From Vitrella brassicaformis CCMP3155 (Eukaryota > Protista > Chromerida), in NCBI GenBank assembly GCA_001179505.1, contig CDMY01000430.1, positions 13,884 through 77,883 of the forward strand: DNA of 64,000 bases, given 5' to 3'. Position 1 is the first letter of the stretch. Every line of letters starts with the position of its first letter. Positions 34,750-47,291 of the stretch are shown here, piece by piece. The notes under the pieces are model-generated. The model was given only the letters and a program-made list of their open reading frames with translations. It was not told where the DNA came from and searched no databases. The translations under genes and the position numbers were made by a program.

Positions 34750-36613
34750 CGAGTTGGAGGAGAGCCTGGCCCGGGAGGCCATGGTGCTGCAGCAGGAGGA
34801 CCAGACGGCCGCATCGGCCACCAACTCGACCGCCACCCAGCCCCTTCCCACGCCCATCACCACCACATGGCCCGACCCCGCCACGACCTCCGCCATGTGG
34901 CTGGCCACGCGCCAGGATCTGGAGGCCATCGAGGCCGCCCACCGAGTGGCTGTCAAGGGCTCCGTGTTCGTCATGGTGAAGCTGATAGACGGGCCGGCTG
35001 GGATGGGCAAGGACGCGAGGCAGCAGTGGCTGGCGACCAGGCCTATCAAATTGAATGACGAGATGACGTAAGCGAGCGACACGACTCACATGGGACGGAG
35101 GGAGGGAGGGAGGGAGGGAGGGAGGCGAAGAAGAGGGTCCATGGAAGCGCATGTTGTGCGGTGTGTTGTTGTGTGTGTGTCAACCAGGTATAGCGTCAGT
35201 CCAGAGGCCATCGCCCTCCACCAGGCGGCCAGCTGCAGCCAGCTCTATCCGAAGGGCACAGTGGTCGACATGTTTGCTGGGGCAGGTACACATCGCACGC
35301 ACACGGACGGCACACACGTACATCCACTGCACGTGATTGAATGAATGCCCGTGTGTGGTGTATGTGTGTGTGTGTGTGTGTGTGCGCGCAGGGGGGGATA
35401 CCATTGCCATGCTGCGAGAGGGCATGAGCGTGTATAGTATTGATAAGGAAGCCGAGCACGTGGAGATCCTCGAATACAACACACAACTATACGGTAACAA
35501 TATACAACGAAGGAAGAGACAGACCCCATTCATCCGACCACCACTCTGTCTGTCTGTGTGCGCGCAGGTGTGCAGCCCGTCATTGCCCTGCCCGAGGACT
35601 ATGAGTCCGTAGTAGACCGGTGGGACAACTACGACTTCAAGGCCGACCTGGTCAGTCAGTCGACACACGACATACTCACCAGCCCACCCACCTGCGCAGA
35701 CGCCAACACGTCCGTCCATCATGCGGATGTGTTTGTGCTGTGCAGGCCATTATCGACCCCCCCTGGGGCGGCCGCCAGTACCTCAATCAGAAGACGTACG
35801 ACCTCGCCCACATGGCCGACGGCAGCCTGGTATGCATTGCAATGCGTCCATCTACTCACGATGGACACCACACACAGAGAGAAGACACTAGGGATGGATG
35901 GATGGATGGTTTGCCCCACCTCGCCTTGCTTTGATTCGTTTGATCGATGCAGTCGATGTTTGACGTGGTGCGGGTGGCGGCCACCGTGACGACGAGCTTT
36001 GTCACCAAGATACCGAAAAATACGTCGATACTGTCCTGCGTAAGCATCCAACCACCCCACCCCACTGCATTCACCCCATCCACCCATAGCTGGCTGCATG
36101 ATCGTGTTTGTGTATGTGTGTGTGCGTGTGTCCCCTTCCCCTCCAGGCTCAGTTGGGGCTGTGGGTCGAGCAGCTCCGCGTGCGTGCCGAGGGTTCCGAC
36201 CGGCCCCCCACTTCGTTCACGCCGCCCATCGTGGAGGTCTTCGTGACACGGGAGAAGGGGAGGGGCCGGTCGGGCAATGAGGTGATCACTAAGCCCAAGT
36301 ACGCCGCCGTCTATCTCGGAGACATCGCCAGGGGGTCAGTCAGCCACTCACTCACTCACTGATGGAAGCCACACGTGTGTCATCCCATCCACCAATTATG
36401 CGTTGATTGCATGTGGTCTCTTTCTGCCTGCGTGTGTGCAGCAAGTTAAAGGAGCTCAAGCGCGCCGGCCAGGGCCCCCCACCCAAGGTCGCCGTCACCA
36501 CCCCAACCACACTGGAGGACCACGTCATGGGGCCCATGTGGCGGCAGTCCAGCCTGCTGCACCAGGTGGACGTTTCGGTTGTGCCACATAAGAAATGCTG
36601 GCACGGCTTGTAG
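34750..36613 (+). CDS. RNA cap guanine-N2 methyltransferase (TGS1-like, PF09445), multi-exon; appears spliced in frame to the upstream MORN exons
   Basis: Spliced translation: IKLNDEMTYSVSPEAIALHQA..VVDMFAGAGGDTIA..VYSIDKE..ILEYNTQLYGV..ADLAIIDPPWGGRQY..YDL..FVTKIPKN..KYAAVYLGDI. Exons 34750-35067, 35188-35285, 35392-35493, 35568-35650, 35746-35829, 35953-36039, about 36147-36335, then a final exon. Confidence 0.85.
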
Positions 36614-36739
36614 CCGCGCGCCCGCCCGGCAGCACAGCAGACACGTAAGACAGATAGATGCCTGGTGGGGCATGGCAGATGGACGGGTGGTTTGGATGGT
36701 TGCTCGCCTTGGCCGACTTGCTGGGAACGGGGATCTCTC

Positions 36740-36774
<35 letters not shown>

Positions 36775-37205
36775 TCTGTTTCTCTCTCCCTCTCTGCGTT
36801 GCGTGCATCCCCTCTCGCCCTCCCGCCCTCCCTCCCTCCCCACCCACACCACCAGCCGGCATAAGTATTTTTGGTGCCCGCGTAATGTGCGGCCTCCCTG
36901 GTGGTGCGGAGGAGTGGTTGGATGAGAGGGATTGCCGCTATGGTCTGCTGGCTGGTCGATGGAGTGTACAGCTGGGTCGTGTGCGTGTGTTGGTGGTGAC
37001 TGACTTGCTCTCTTTTTCTGTCGCTCACGTAAGGACTATTTGTTCCCTCACACACACTGCAAAGGCGCCTACCGCCAACAGAGTCGACTCTGCCCTAGTG
37101 CTCCAGCCACCACACGACCACAGACAAGACAAGAAAACGAAAGGTCCTCACCATACATGTACCGTCGCAAACCGATCGGCCTCGCAAGCCGGCAGTTGTG
37201 AAGAG

Positions 37206-38864
37206 ATGTCAGCTCAGCTCAAAAGATCTCCCCTGGCAGCGTTGGGGATCTTCGTCTGCTTCGTCAGCAATGCTCCTCCCGCCCTCTCGGCCGCCATGCA
37301 GCGCCTCTTCCGAACGGCCTCTTCGTCGATGGACGTCAGGGCATGGCGTGGCGCCTTTGTGGACGCACTCAGGCATCCTCCAGCGACGCTGAAGCGAAGG
37401 CGAAGACACCGGGATCGCCCTGCGGCCTTCCTCAGAGGTGATCTCGTACAACACACTGTCTGCTTTCCTGAATCAATGCATCTACAGGCTGCTGTTTCCG
37501 TCGTGCAGGTAGCGCCATGTCATCTGTGGCGTCGGTCGGCGTGGCAGATGCCGGTGCTGATGCTCATGTGAGCATGTTGGGGCTCGACAGTGACAGTGAC
37601 AGTGACCATGATCATGAGGATCTGAGTGTGGGCGACAGGGTGGAGATCTTGGCGGGCAAGTACCAGGGCACTCACGGAGTCGTCCTGGACGTTGCCGACG
37701 GCAAGGTGAGTGAGAGTGCATGGATCAATGGGTGGATGGATGGATGGATGGATGGAAGCATCAAGCATCAGGTGACTGTCTGATGGATGCTTGGTGCTTT
37801 TATCTCAGGTCCAGGTGCGTCGCGATTGTCGGATAAAGGAGGATGGCAGTGTGCCGCCAGAGCTGCAGTCAGGCCACGAACGCACATACAGGTACCTTGC
37901 GAAGGGTAGCAGCGACCCCATTCACCCATCCGTCCATCCATCAATTTGTGTCTGCACCGGTGTGGTGGTCAGGTACCCTGCGCACCAGGTCCGGCTGGCC
38001 ACATCACAACCGCCTCAAGCATTATCCCCCGCAGCGGCGCCAATCCCACCTCCCCCGTCACTATCAGCCGCTGGTGAAGCCAGCTCCCTGCTGCTGGACG
38101 CCGTACCGTCGTCTGCCTCCCTCCCCTCCCAGCCATCCTTGTCCGATGACGACCCCTACGCCCACCTGCACGATCTCTTCGACGTGAACCTGGGTCGGTC
38201 CATCACAGCTCCCACCACCACGCCCAAGCCACTGCCTCCAGAGGCTGTGGCCGAGGGGCTGAGCAGGAAACAGGTACCGATGCACTCACTCAGAGAGCGA
38301 CAGACACTGAAAAAAATTAAGGATGGATGGACCTTGTGTGCGTGCTGCTGGATTGGGTGAGTGGACGCAGTGGCGTCAGGAGAGGAACAAGCGTCGGAAG
38401 AAGGAGCAGCTGGATGAGCGCAGGAGGAGCCACCCCGACTTCTCTCCCCCCCTCCCACTCCCCCTCCCCCACGATGAGGCCTCCCTCGGAGCCAGCACCC
38501 CGCCCCCATTACGCGAGCCGCCTCCGGTTGCCAAGGCGGCGGTGCGCGAGCAGTACTCGTCGCCATACGCTGAGACCGTGGGCGACCTCAACAACGAGCT
38601 TGACGACCTGCAAAGAAAGTACGTGACGTGTGTGAGGGATGCATCCAGGGCAAGGGCTAGATGTTTATGTCTGTTGTGTCTGTCAGTATCGGTCGGCTGC
38701 TCAAGACACTGCGTCGGACAGAGCCTGACCCCTTCCTGTTCGAGTCGAAGCGCGAGGCGCTGATGAAGACATACCGGAAGGAGCGCAACAAGATCCTCGC
38801 CGCATACTTTGACCTCTCCAATGTCATGTTCGCACCCGGAGAAGAGCCGTGGGGGGATGAATGA
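37206..38864 (+). CDS. Multi-exon protein of unknown function with a KOW-like motif and a Pro/Ser-rich middle
   Basis: LSVGDRVEILAGKYQGTHGVVLDVADGK fits the KOW consensus; GT-AG exon structure; start and some junctions uncertain. Confidence 0.55.
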
Positions 38865-39290
38865 TTGAATGATGGCATTGCAATGCTTCGATAACACGTG
38901 TGTGACAAGTGGCGAATGAGGGCCGGGCGGTCTTTCTCGTGCTGTGTTATGTTGGGTCTGTACTGCACGCGCATCTGTCTGTCTGGCAAGAGTCGGGCCT
39001 TTCGCGTCACGGAAGGCTGAAGGACCCTTGCCTCGGGATATTTGTGCGTGTAGATCACACCACAACATACCACACGTGGGCCATTTAGGAGGAGGCGGCA
39101 GCTCTCATTGCAATGCATATCAGGACGAATAGGCTCAGCATGGGTTGACGGGTGTGAATACATGGACACATCCGACGTGCAATGAATCATTTTGAGGGTC
39201 TCCTCATCCCTGCAAGCGTAGCTCGCAGACGAGGAGAAAAAGGCGGGGAAGAGGCCGGGGGAGGGAAAGATCTGTGGTCATCTGTTCACA

Positions 39291-42200
39291 ATGACGAGCC
39301 CCCTGAGCCCCAATCTGGCAGTGCTATGTTGTCTGGGCATCAACTACGTGGTGCTGTTCCTCGTGGGGTCGTTCCGCTTCCTGCGGGTGTACTCGTATCG
39401 GCTGGGGTGGGGCGTCACCAACACGCTCTTCTCGCTCATCGTCATGATCCTGCTCATGAGGGCTATGGCCTTTGGACTCATGTGCTACCTATACAGGTGA
39501 GTACAGGAGTGAGTTTGGCGTTGGTTTGGAGCATCCATTGTCTGTCTGTCCATTGTGTGTGTGTGTGTGTGTGTGTGTGTGGTTTGCTGGCTTCTCTCAG
39601 GCCGAGTCAGATGAGCACGCACGACACCAACAAGCCGGTGTTTTTCGTCCTGTTCTCGGCGCCCGTGACGCTCACTGACCTGACCTTCATCACCCTGCTG
39701 CTGCAGCTGTGCATTCTCTACTACAGGCAAGCTGCTTGAGGCAGTGGCCAAACCGACCAATGCACGAGGCAGAAATGTATGTGTGTGTGTGTGTGTGTGT
39801 GCAGCTGCCATGACCTGCCCAGCTCGATGGCTCCCTTCGAGAACACCCGTGCGTGGCTCATTCTCACGTTCGTCGCTTTGGGTTTTGCCTACGGGGGCTG
39901 CATCGGCGGCATGTACCTGCTGTTCTGCTGCAACCTGCTCACCGAGAACATGGTCACCCAGGTGCAGAGCGGCAGCAACTTCTTCCTCGTGGCTATCGCC
40001 ATCACAAGTACACGTACCATATATTCCATCCACCGCACCAGCACTCGTGTATATGGTATGGTGTGTATCTATCTGTGTTTGGTTTGTGTGGTTTGGTTCA
40101 GCTGTGGGTCTTCTGCACAGCCGTTTTCGGCGTGTAGAGTTCCGCTCAAACGCGGCGCGGCAGAAGCTGAGGAAGGTGGGGGGCGTCACGCTCATTTGGG
40201 CGGCGTCCAGGTGAGCAGGGGGAGGGAGAGAGGGAGGGTCAATGTTTGCACCTTCCTTCATGGTATGAATGGTCAGGCTGGTGTATGGCATTGTGTCGGT
40301 GACCTTTCTGCTGCCGTCGAGGCAGTCGAGCAGCGTCGAGCCGCTCTACAGTGTGCGTGACGTGCAGCCACACAGCACAGCCGCTTCGATATATGTGGAG
40401 GCATTTGTATGTATGGTCTCTCTGTGTGTGTTCAGGATGACTTGCGCTCCCTGATCGGCGTGCTGTCTCTGTTTCTCGTCACCGAGGTGCTGCCTATTCT
40501 CGCCTGCATCGACTGGGCGTTCGTCGGTCAGACCACAACCACACACACACACACACACAGACAGAGAGAGAGAGAGAGAGAGATGCCCACACGGACCGAC
40601 CGGCCCAGCTGAGCGGATGTGGCTGCCTGCAGGTCTGATGGTGGGGATGGACGACAGTGGGTCCACCTACCCCCTGCTGCATCATGCGCAGTACCACCAA
40701 GACCCTGGTCAGTCAGTCAGAATGACACACACACACACAGATGGATGGATGGATGTGTGGATGGCTATATGCAGCTTATCTCCGTTCCGGCGGCAGTGAG
40801 TACTACCCCCCCTCCCCCTACGGCGTACCGCCCGCCACCGCACCTTCAAGGGCACCCACCTCCACGGCACAGCAGCCACGAGGTAGGTACCTAGACAGAC
40901 AGGCGTGCTGTGGCACATTCATTACTCAAAACACATTACTTTTCTCATCTCACAGGATGGGTTCCCACGTCGCCGTCTCAGCGAGCCGTGATGGGCCCGC
41001 CGTCCAACTCGCCCCACTCGACGGCCACTGCCCCCGCTGCCATGGGGGGCCACAGACAACCGCCAGACATCATGCCCACACTCGAGTGGAAGAACGTCGT
41101 CCTCATGGTGGCCAGGCACTGTGCCTCCTCACATCCGGACGGACAATGTTTGTTGTGTGGTTTCGTCATTTAGGAGAGCGAGCCGCTGCAGCAGCCTCCA
41201 CCGAAGGTCAAGCCGCTGGCCCTGGGCAAGGTTGGCACCACCGCACACAAGGACACGCACCAACCCCCCCCCCCCACACACACGCTCNNNNNNNNNNNNN
41301 NNNNNNNNNNNNNNNNNNNNNNNNNNNNNNNNNNNNNNNNNNNNNNNNNNNNNNNNNNNNNNNNNNNNNNNNNNNNNNNNNNNNNNNNNNNNNNNNNNNN
41401 NNNNNNNNNNNNNNNNNNNNNNNNNNNNNNNNNNNNNNNNNNNNNNNNNNNNNNNNNNNNNNNNNNNNNNNNNNNNNNNNNNNNNNNNNNNNNNNNNNNN
41501 NNNNNNNNNNNNNNNNNNNNNNNNNNNNNNNNNNNNNNNNNNNNNNNNNNNNNNNNNNNNNNNNNNNNNNNNNNNNNNNNNNNNNNNCCCCCCCCCCCCA
41601 CACACACGCTCAGAGAGATACCTCATGCGCATTTCGTGTGTTGTGTGTGTCATGTCAGCTGGTGGTGGGTGTGTTGCCCGCGGCGGGATCGATGCACTCT
41701 GTTGGTTCGCAGGGCAGCCAGACGCACCCACACACTGCCGACGCAGAGAGGGGGGCGCCCGACGACGGCGAGCCGGGCAGGAAGGTCGTCATACGAATCA
41801 TCGACGCCAGAAGGTCGGCCATTCCACCCACCAGCCAACTCACACACACACACACAGCGCACAGAGCTCACAGAGAAAGACCTCCTTCTGTGTGTGTGTG
41901 TGAGCAGGTTATCTCGCTACATCAGCGAGGAGATCCGTCTGGACTTCATGAAGCTCCTCAGCCTGACCCACCCCAACCTGCTGCAGGTCAAGGAGCTGGC
42001 GGAGGTGCCCACACCGCAGCGCCGCATCTGGGTGGTCTACCCACACTTGCCCGGCTGTCTCTCCCTCTACACGCTTCTGCACACCGACCTGCCCGGCGAC
42101 CCAATGCCCCCGCCATCGCCCGAGGACTCGCCTGCCAGAAGTGAGAAAGAAACACAGCCACGGAGGGAGGGAGGGAGGGAGGGAGGGGCTGCTTGTTGGA

Positions 42201-43247
42201 GGGATGGGGGGATGGGTGCAGGTCTGCCTGAGTCGAGGTTCAGCACGGGTGCCTCGGGGGGGCACACGGCTGTCTCAACGGGCCATGGCTCACTCACAGC
42301 GCCCAAAACACTCAAGGCCAAGCTGCAGGTGCGTGTGTGAGACTCCATCCATCCATCCATCCCTGTGCTGTGCCCTGATTGGCCTTCTGTCCCTCTCTGT
42401 GTGGTGGGTGTGGTGTTCTATCAGTATGTTCGTCAGGTGGTGTCGTGTTTAGTGTATCTGCACAACGAGGGCCGCCCCCACGGCCACCTCACCTCCCACA
42501 ACGTCATCGTCTCGCCCACACACAGGGCGTACCTCACTGACCTGGGCTTCCACTCCCTCAAGAGGTTCGGCACACACACCCTTCCATCCATCCATCCATC
42601 TCTGTGTGTGTGTGTGTGTGTGTGTGTGCAGGTTTCTGGCCGTGTTGGGTGTGTATGAGTTTCGGTCGGCGTGGTCCGCCCCCGAGATCCTGTCGGGTCA
42701 GTCAGTCAACGACAGAGACACACACACTCTCTTTGACTGATATGGCTGGTGTGTTGATGGACTACTGCAGGCGAGTGCCGCGTGTTCACCGCCGAGACCG
42801 ACGTGTATTCGCTGGGCATCCTCATATGGGAGGTCTGCACCTCCATCGAGCCCTTCGGGGGCTCCAACATACAAACCATCAGAAAACTCGGTACGTCAGT
42901 CAGTCAATAAGTGTCTCCTGGTGTGTGCTGGCATCTCTGCCTGTGGGGGTGTGTGGGCGCGTGTGTGTGATTGTGTGTGTGACGCAGTTGTTGAGGGCAA
43001 GAAGCGCCCCGAGCTGCCGGCATCCATCCCGAAGGACCTCGCCGGTTTGGTGAGGTCATGCTGGCAAGACGCGCCTGAGAAGAGGTATACCGTCTGCCGC
43101 CCCACCCCACCACCCTGCCTGGGCGGCGCGGACCTGTTGGTTGGTGCGGTGCAGTGCTTTGATGTGTGTGTATGTGTTTGTGTCAGGCCGACGATGTCAG
43201 CGGTGCTGCGTGCGCTCGACAGCATCATGGACAACATGCGGTCATGA
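39291..43247 (+). CDS. Seven-transmembrane (THH1/TOM1/GPR137-like) receptor fused to a C-terminal TKL-type pseudokinase
   Basis: Seven hydrophobic segments in spliced exons, including QKLRKVGGVTLIW and LFLVTEVLP. Kinase subdomains: LLSLTHPNLLQ, CLVYLH, HGHLTSHNV, YLTDLG, WSAPEIL, TDVYSLGILIWEV, EPF, RPELP..LVRSCW..PEKRPTM. The gap at 41288-41587 lies in an intron. Confidence 0.85.
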
Positions 43248-43507
43248 CGATGATCGGCGGAGGGAGGGAGGGAGGGAGGGATAGTCGGTGTGTGTGGTGT
43301 GAAGTGTGTGGTGTGAGCTCATTGGTGTGTGCGTAATTCGGTGTCGGTGAGTGGACAACGACCCACGACAGGTCAGGTGTGTGTCGTCCTTGCCGTCCTT
43401 GTGGTGTGCATTTTGTTATGTCGTGTGTTGTGCCACACACAGTGGACAAACGAGCATTGAGTCTGACCGTTGACAGACACATCAAACGTCTCTCAAACTC
43501 ATCCACC

Positions 43508-43538
<31 letters not shown>

Positions 43539-44487
43539 TATCACGATCACAACCACAATCCCTCGCCACCACAGCTCACTCGGCTCAGCTCAGCTCGGCA
43601 TAGCTTAGGCCCCTTCCCACTCGACACACCACAACACACCACAGCACAACACACGAAAGGTATGGACACAGACACAGACACAGACACGCAGCAAACAGCT
43701 TAAGCCTCCATTGGCCCATGTACACCACACGCACACGCGCACACCCCCTCACGAAGAAACGTTGCCAGGAAGAGATTCCCTCCGGGTCTTCCGGGGTCTT
43801 CCGGTGGCTTGAAAGGCGCACCAATCACCATCCATCCATCCATCAGTCAGTCAGTCAAACGGCACGGCTGCACCGATTGCCCCAGGGAGAGAAATACCCC
43901 ATAAGCTTAGCCCAAAAACGACACAGACAGACCCGACCCCAATCAGGTGCTCTCCCCCCCCCTCCCCCTCTCCCCGTCTCTCCCCTGCCCTGTTCCGCAT
44001 CGACAAAACAGAGAAAAATGCTGCCCCGTCGCAACGCAACGCCCTCGGCCGGCCGAGAAAAACACGTCAACACACAAACGGTTGAACCAAGTCCCTCTGT
44101 CGGTCAAGGCACTCTCACGAGCATCTCATGAACACACACACAAAAACACCTACCTCTCAAGACCCCNNNNNNNNNNNNNNNNNNNNNNNNNNNNNNNNNN
44201 NNNNNNNNNNNNNNNNNNNNNNNNNNNNNNNNNNNNNNNNNNNNNNNNNNNNNNNNNNNNNNNNNNNNNNNNNNNNNNNNNNNNNNNNNNNNNNNNNNNN
44301 NNNNNNNNNNNNNNNNNNNNNNNNNNNNNNNNNNNNNNNNNNNNNNNNNNNNNNNNNNNNNNNNNNNNNNNNNNNNNNNNNNNNNNNNNNNNNNNNNNNN
44401 NNNNNNNNNNNNNNNNNNNNNNNNNNNNNNNNNNNNNNNNNNNNNNNNNNNNNNNNNNNNNNNNNNCCCCCCCCCAGCCGTTTCCCA

Positions 44488-45669
44488 TTACAGCCGCTCT
44501 TGTGCTGTCAACGGCAGCACCTCATCATCGGAGGTAGACCGAGGGGAGCTGTCGAGGTCGTCCTCCTCCACTGGTGTCACAACAACCGTCACGCCCCTGG
44601 CCGACTTGTGCTTCTCATGGTTGTGTGCGTGTCCATGGGCGTGGGCGCCGTGGCAGTGGCCGTGGGCGCCGTGGCCGTGGCCGTGGCCGCATGAGAGTCC
44701 CATTGCGTGGATGGCCTTGTGCGAGAAATAGTTGGACGACAGCAGGCAGGCCGACCCAAGCAGCCCCACCACCGTGTGGATGATGTCCAGCTGCTCAAGG
44801 TACACCATCCACCCCCACAACACCGCCAGAGCCGATGCAGGTGCACTTGTGGCCGAGGCGTCCGCCGTTCGAGGGCCTTCGGCTGTCAGGAGAGTCACGT
44901 CGGAAGCTGCCGCACCCTGCCCCTGTCTCAAATGGTGGTGGTCGTGTGTGTGAGCGGGGATGTGGCTGAAGTACAGCAGGGCCACGCCGAAAGCCCCCAG
45001 AGCGAACAGCCGCAGAATGCGGTGCCGCGTGTAGTTCATCAGCACCGACAGCCCGCCGATGGGCAGCAGCACCCAAAACACAGCCTGAACCAGCCACACA
45101 CGAGACTCTGCAGACACGAATCTCTACTGGTCCTTTTGGCGCATCCATACCACATCCACTGCGCTGTGGATCTGGTCGTTGGTGTGTTCGCCGACAACCC
45201 CCAGCAGCGGTGCAATGGCCAGCAGTGGCGGCAGCAGCACACACTCGATGGCGCACAGCACCGACAGCACGGTGGTGGCAATGGGGATGGACGACTGAAT
45301 GCGCCCCAGCAGACCTGACCGTTGGGGCTTCAGGGACTTTGCTGAGGACGATGACGGACCGACAGATGGCGAGTGACTGCAGCCAACAGGCATATGACAG
45401 CCATGGAGACCTCAGCTTCCCTCTGTACGGATCTGCGCCCGGTAAATCACTCACCTGTGCCCGTCGTCATGATGGTCGTGGTTCTGGTGGTTGTGGTTGT
45501 GGCTGTGGCTGCAGAGCTGGCTGGTGCTGGTGGTGGTGGTGTCGGAGAGGGGAGAGGAGTCGCCGGAGGCGCTTTCCCCCTCGCAGCAGCCCGTGTCGCT
45601 ATCGCAGCAGTGAGAGTGGTCATGCGCCTGCCGGGCATGGCACGCCGGCGAAGTGGAGAAATAGGACAT
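44488..45669 (-). CDS. MerC-like (PF03203) heavy-metal transporter with His/Cys-rich termini, 3 exons
   Basis: LSVLCAIECVLLPPLLAIAPLLG, LPIGGLSVLMNYTRHR..FALGAFGVALL and VVGLLGSACLLSSNYFSH match the MerC pattern. N-terminal HDHSHCC..HSHNHNHQNHDHH; C-terminal CGHGHGHGAHGHCHGAHAHGHAH. Confidence 0.72.
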
Positions 45670-45877
45670 CAGGCAGGGGAAAGCGGCGACAAGATTCTCC
45701 CCGGTGGCAGATCATCAAGCTCGCCAAAGGAAAAGCTCGCAGTTAACGGCTGACGTTTCCCTTTTGGCCGCCAGGGGAGAAACTTATCTAGGCCCTCGCG
45801 CAGAGGAGTTCCGCCAGGGGATTTTGCCCAGAAATCAGGTGATCATGTGTGGAATGAGACGCAGGATATGACGATGC

Positions 45878-46482
45878 GTGCGAGGTGAGGGACTCGTATG
45901 TGTAATGAATGAAGGGCTGTCGATTGACTGTTCTGTCTTGTCCATGTACTCAGTCGTGAGTTCAGTCAGCGGTGTGTTTGTCGGTCTGTGTATTGTCCGC
46001 TGGGTCGGTCCATTCATTTGGTCTGCCGGCGGTCTGCGCATTGCCTGTCTGTCTGTCTCTGTGTCTGTGCCCGAGCGATCACTTCTGGCCTGCACGCACA
46101 TCAACCCACACACTGATATGCACACGCACCTCCTCATTTCGTCCTTTCGTCTGTGTATGTACCGGCGAGCATGTTGACGACGGTGAAGACGAGAATGGCG
46201 ATGACGAACACACTCAGGAACACCTGCACACACGAGACACAAATGATTGGATGGATGGATGGACCTCTCCTCCCAGACACACACACAGATCAACGTACGT
46301 ACCCAGTAGAACATTGAGACTGTGAAGACGAGCCACCAGAGTGCAGGTGCGGTGGTTTGGCAAGTGAGGCTCGAGGTCACCCAACCGGTGCCCACAAACA
46401 CCCACAAGACCGACACCACCAGCCCCCCCACCGACACCACCAGCCACCCCAACTCCAGCTGAAACGCACTGAAACTACAACA

Positions 46483-46516
<34 letters not shown>

Positions 46517-47045
46517 CAGAGACAGCGAGAGAGACGACAATCATGCTCTCATCAAATGTGTGTGTTGTATGTCAGTCTGTGTGTCTCCCTTGGTTACTGC
46601 TTTGTGGCGATTGCGGGCATGTCATTGACGACGTCGACGGCCATTGTGGCCGGGGCGCTCAGAAACAGCGCCACCATCACCCACAGAGCCAGCGGCGAGT
46701 CGCACGGAGACAGCCCGTCAATCGCCAGCACCTAAATGACCCACACACACCTCATCTGGCTGTGTCTCATCTCTCCCTTCCTCTCTCTCTGTGTCGATTT
46801 GCCAATCACTCCCTGTCTGTCTGGCTGTCTAGCTTACGATGAGTGCGACGGCATCAGCGAGAAGGTAGACGATGAATGCGGCGTTTTGGAGGATCACCAC
46901 CGGGTCGGTCTTGAGCACCTCGCCGTACGCCGTCGACGTGCGGGCAATCTCAGCCATCTCTCACACACAAAGAAACAGTCAATGTTTGCTCAGTGCTCAC
47001 TCACACTTTGGTTGCCTGGCTTTGTTTGTTTGTACGCAGTCTCGT
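45878..47045 (-). repeat. Inverted segmental duplication, left arm (partner about 57104-58264)
   Basis: Exons, introns, upstream sequence (gactgcgtacaaacaaacaaagccaggcaacc) and 3' UTR (catacgagtccctcacctcgca) match in opposite orientation. Confidence 0.9.
46079..46957 (-). CDS. Small four-TM protein (copy A), resembling the membrane part of plant-type RING E3 ligases but ending without a RING
   Basis: Spliced MAEIARTSTAYGEVLKTDP..VLAIDGLSPCDSPLALW..LELGWLVVSV..TSSLTCQTTAPALWWLVF..VNMLAGQK*; paralogue at 57204-58089. Confidence 0.65.
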
Positions 47046-47291
47046 TTGTACTCACGTGTCTATGTGTCAGGCACGAGTGAGTGTATACGTATGGTGTCAA
47101 TCAATCGATCGTCAATTCTAGCTAGGCTAGCTAGCTGTCTTGATCGACCATGACCAACACACACTCACACACACGTGTTCACGCACATGTACATACACAT
47201 TTTCAGTCAGTCGATAGTCACTCATTCCTCGCAGACAGACAGACAGACAGACCCCTTCCCTTTATGCTACCTACTGCATGCCCAGCCTCAA

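Noticed and set aside
41116-41117. A third GC splice donor in the kinase gene
   Set aside because: An upstream GT donor (ATG|gtggcc) gives the correct phase, so GC is not needed.
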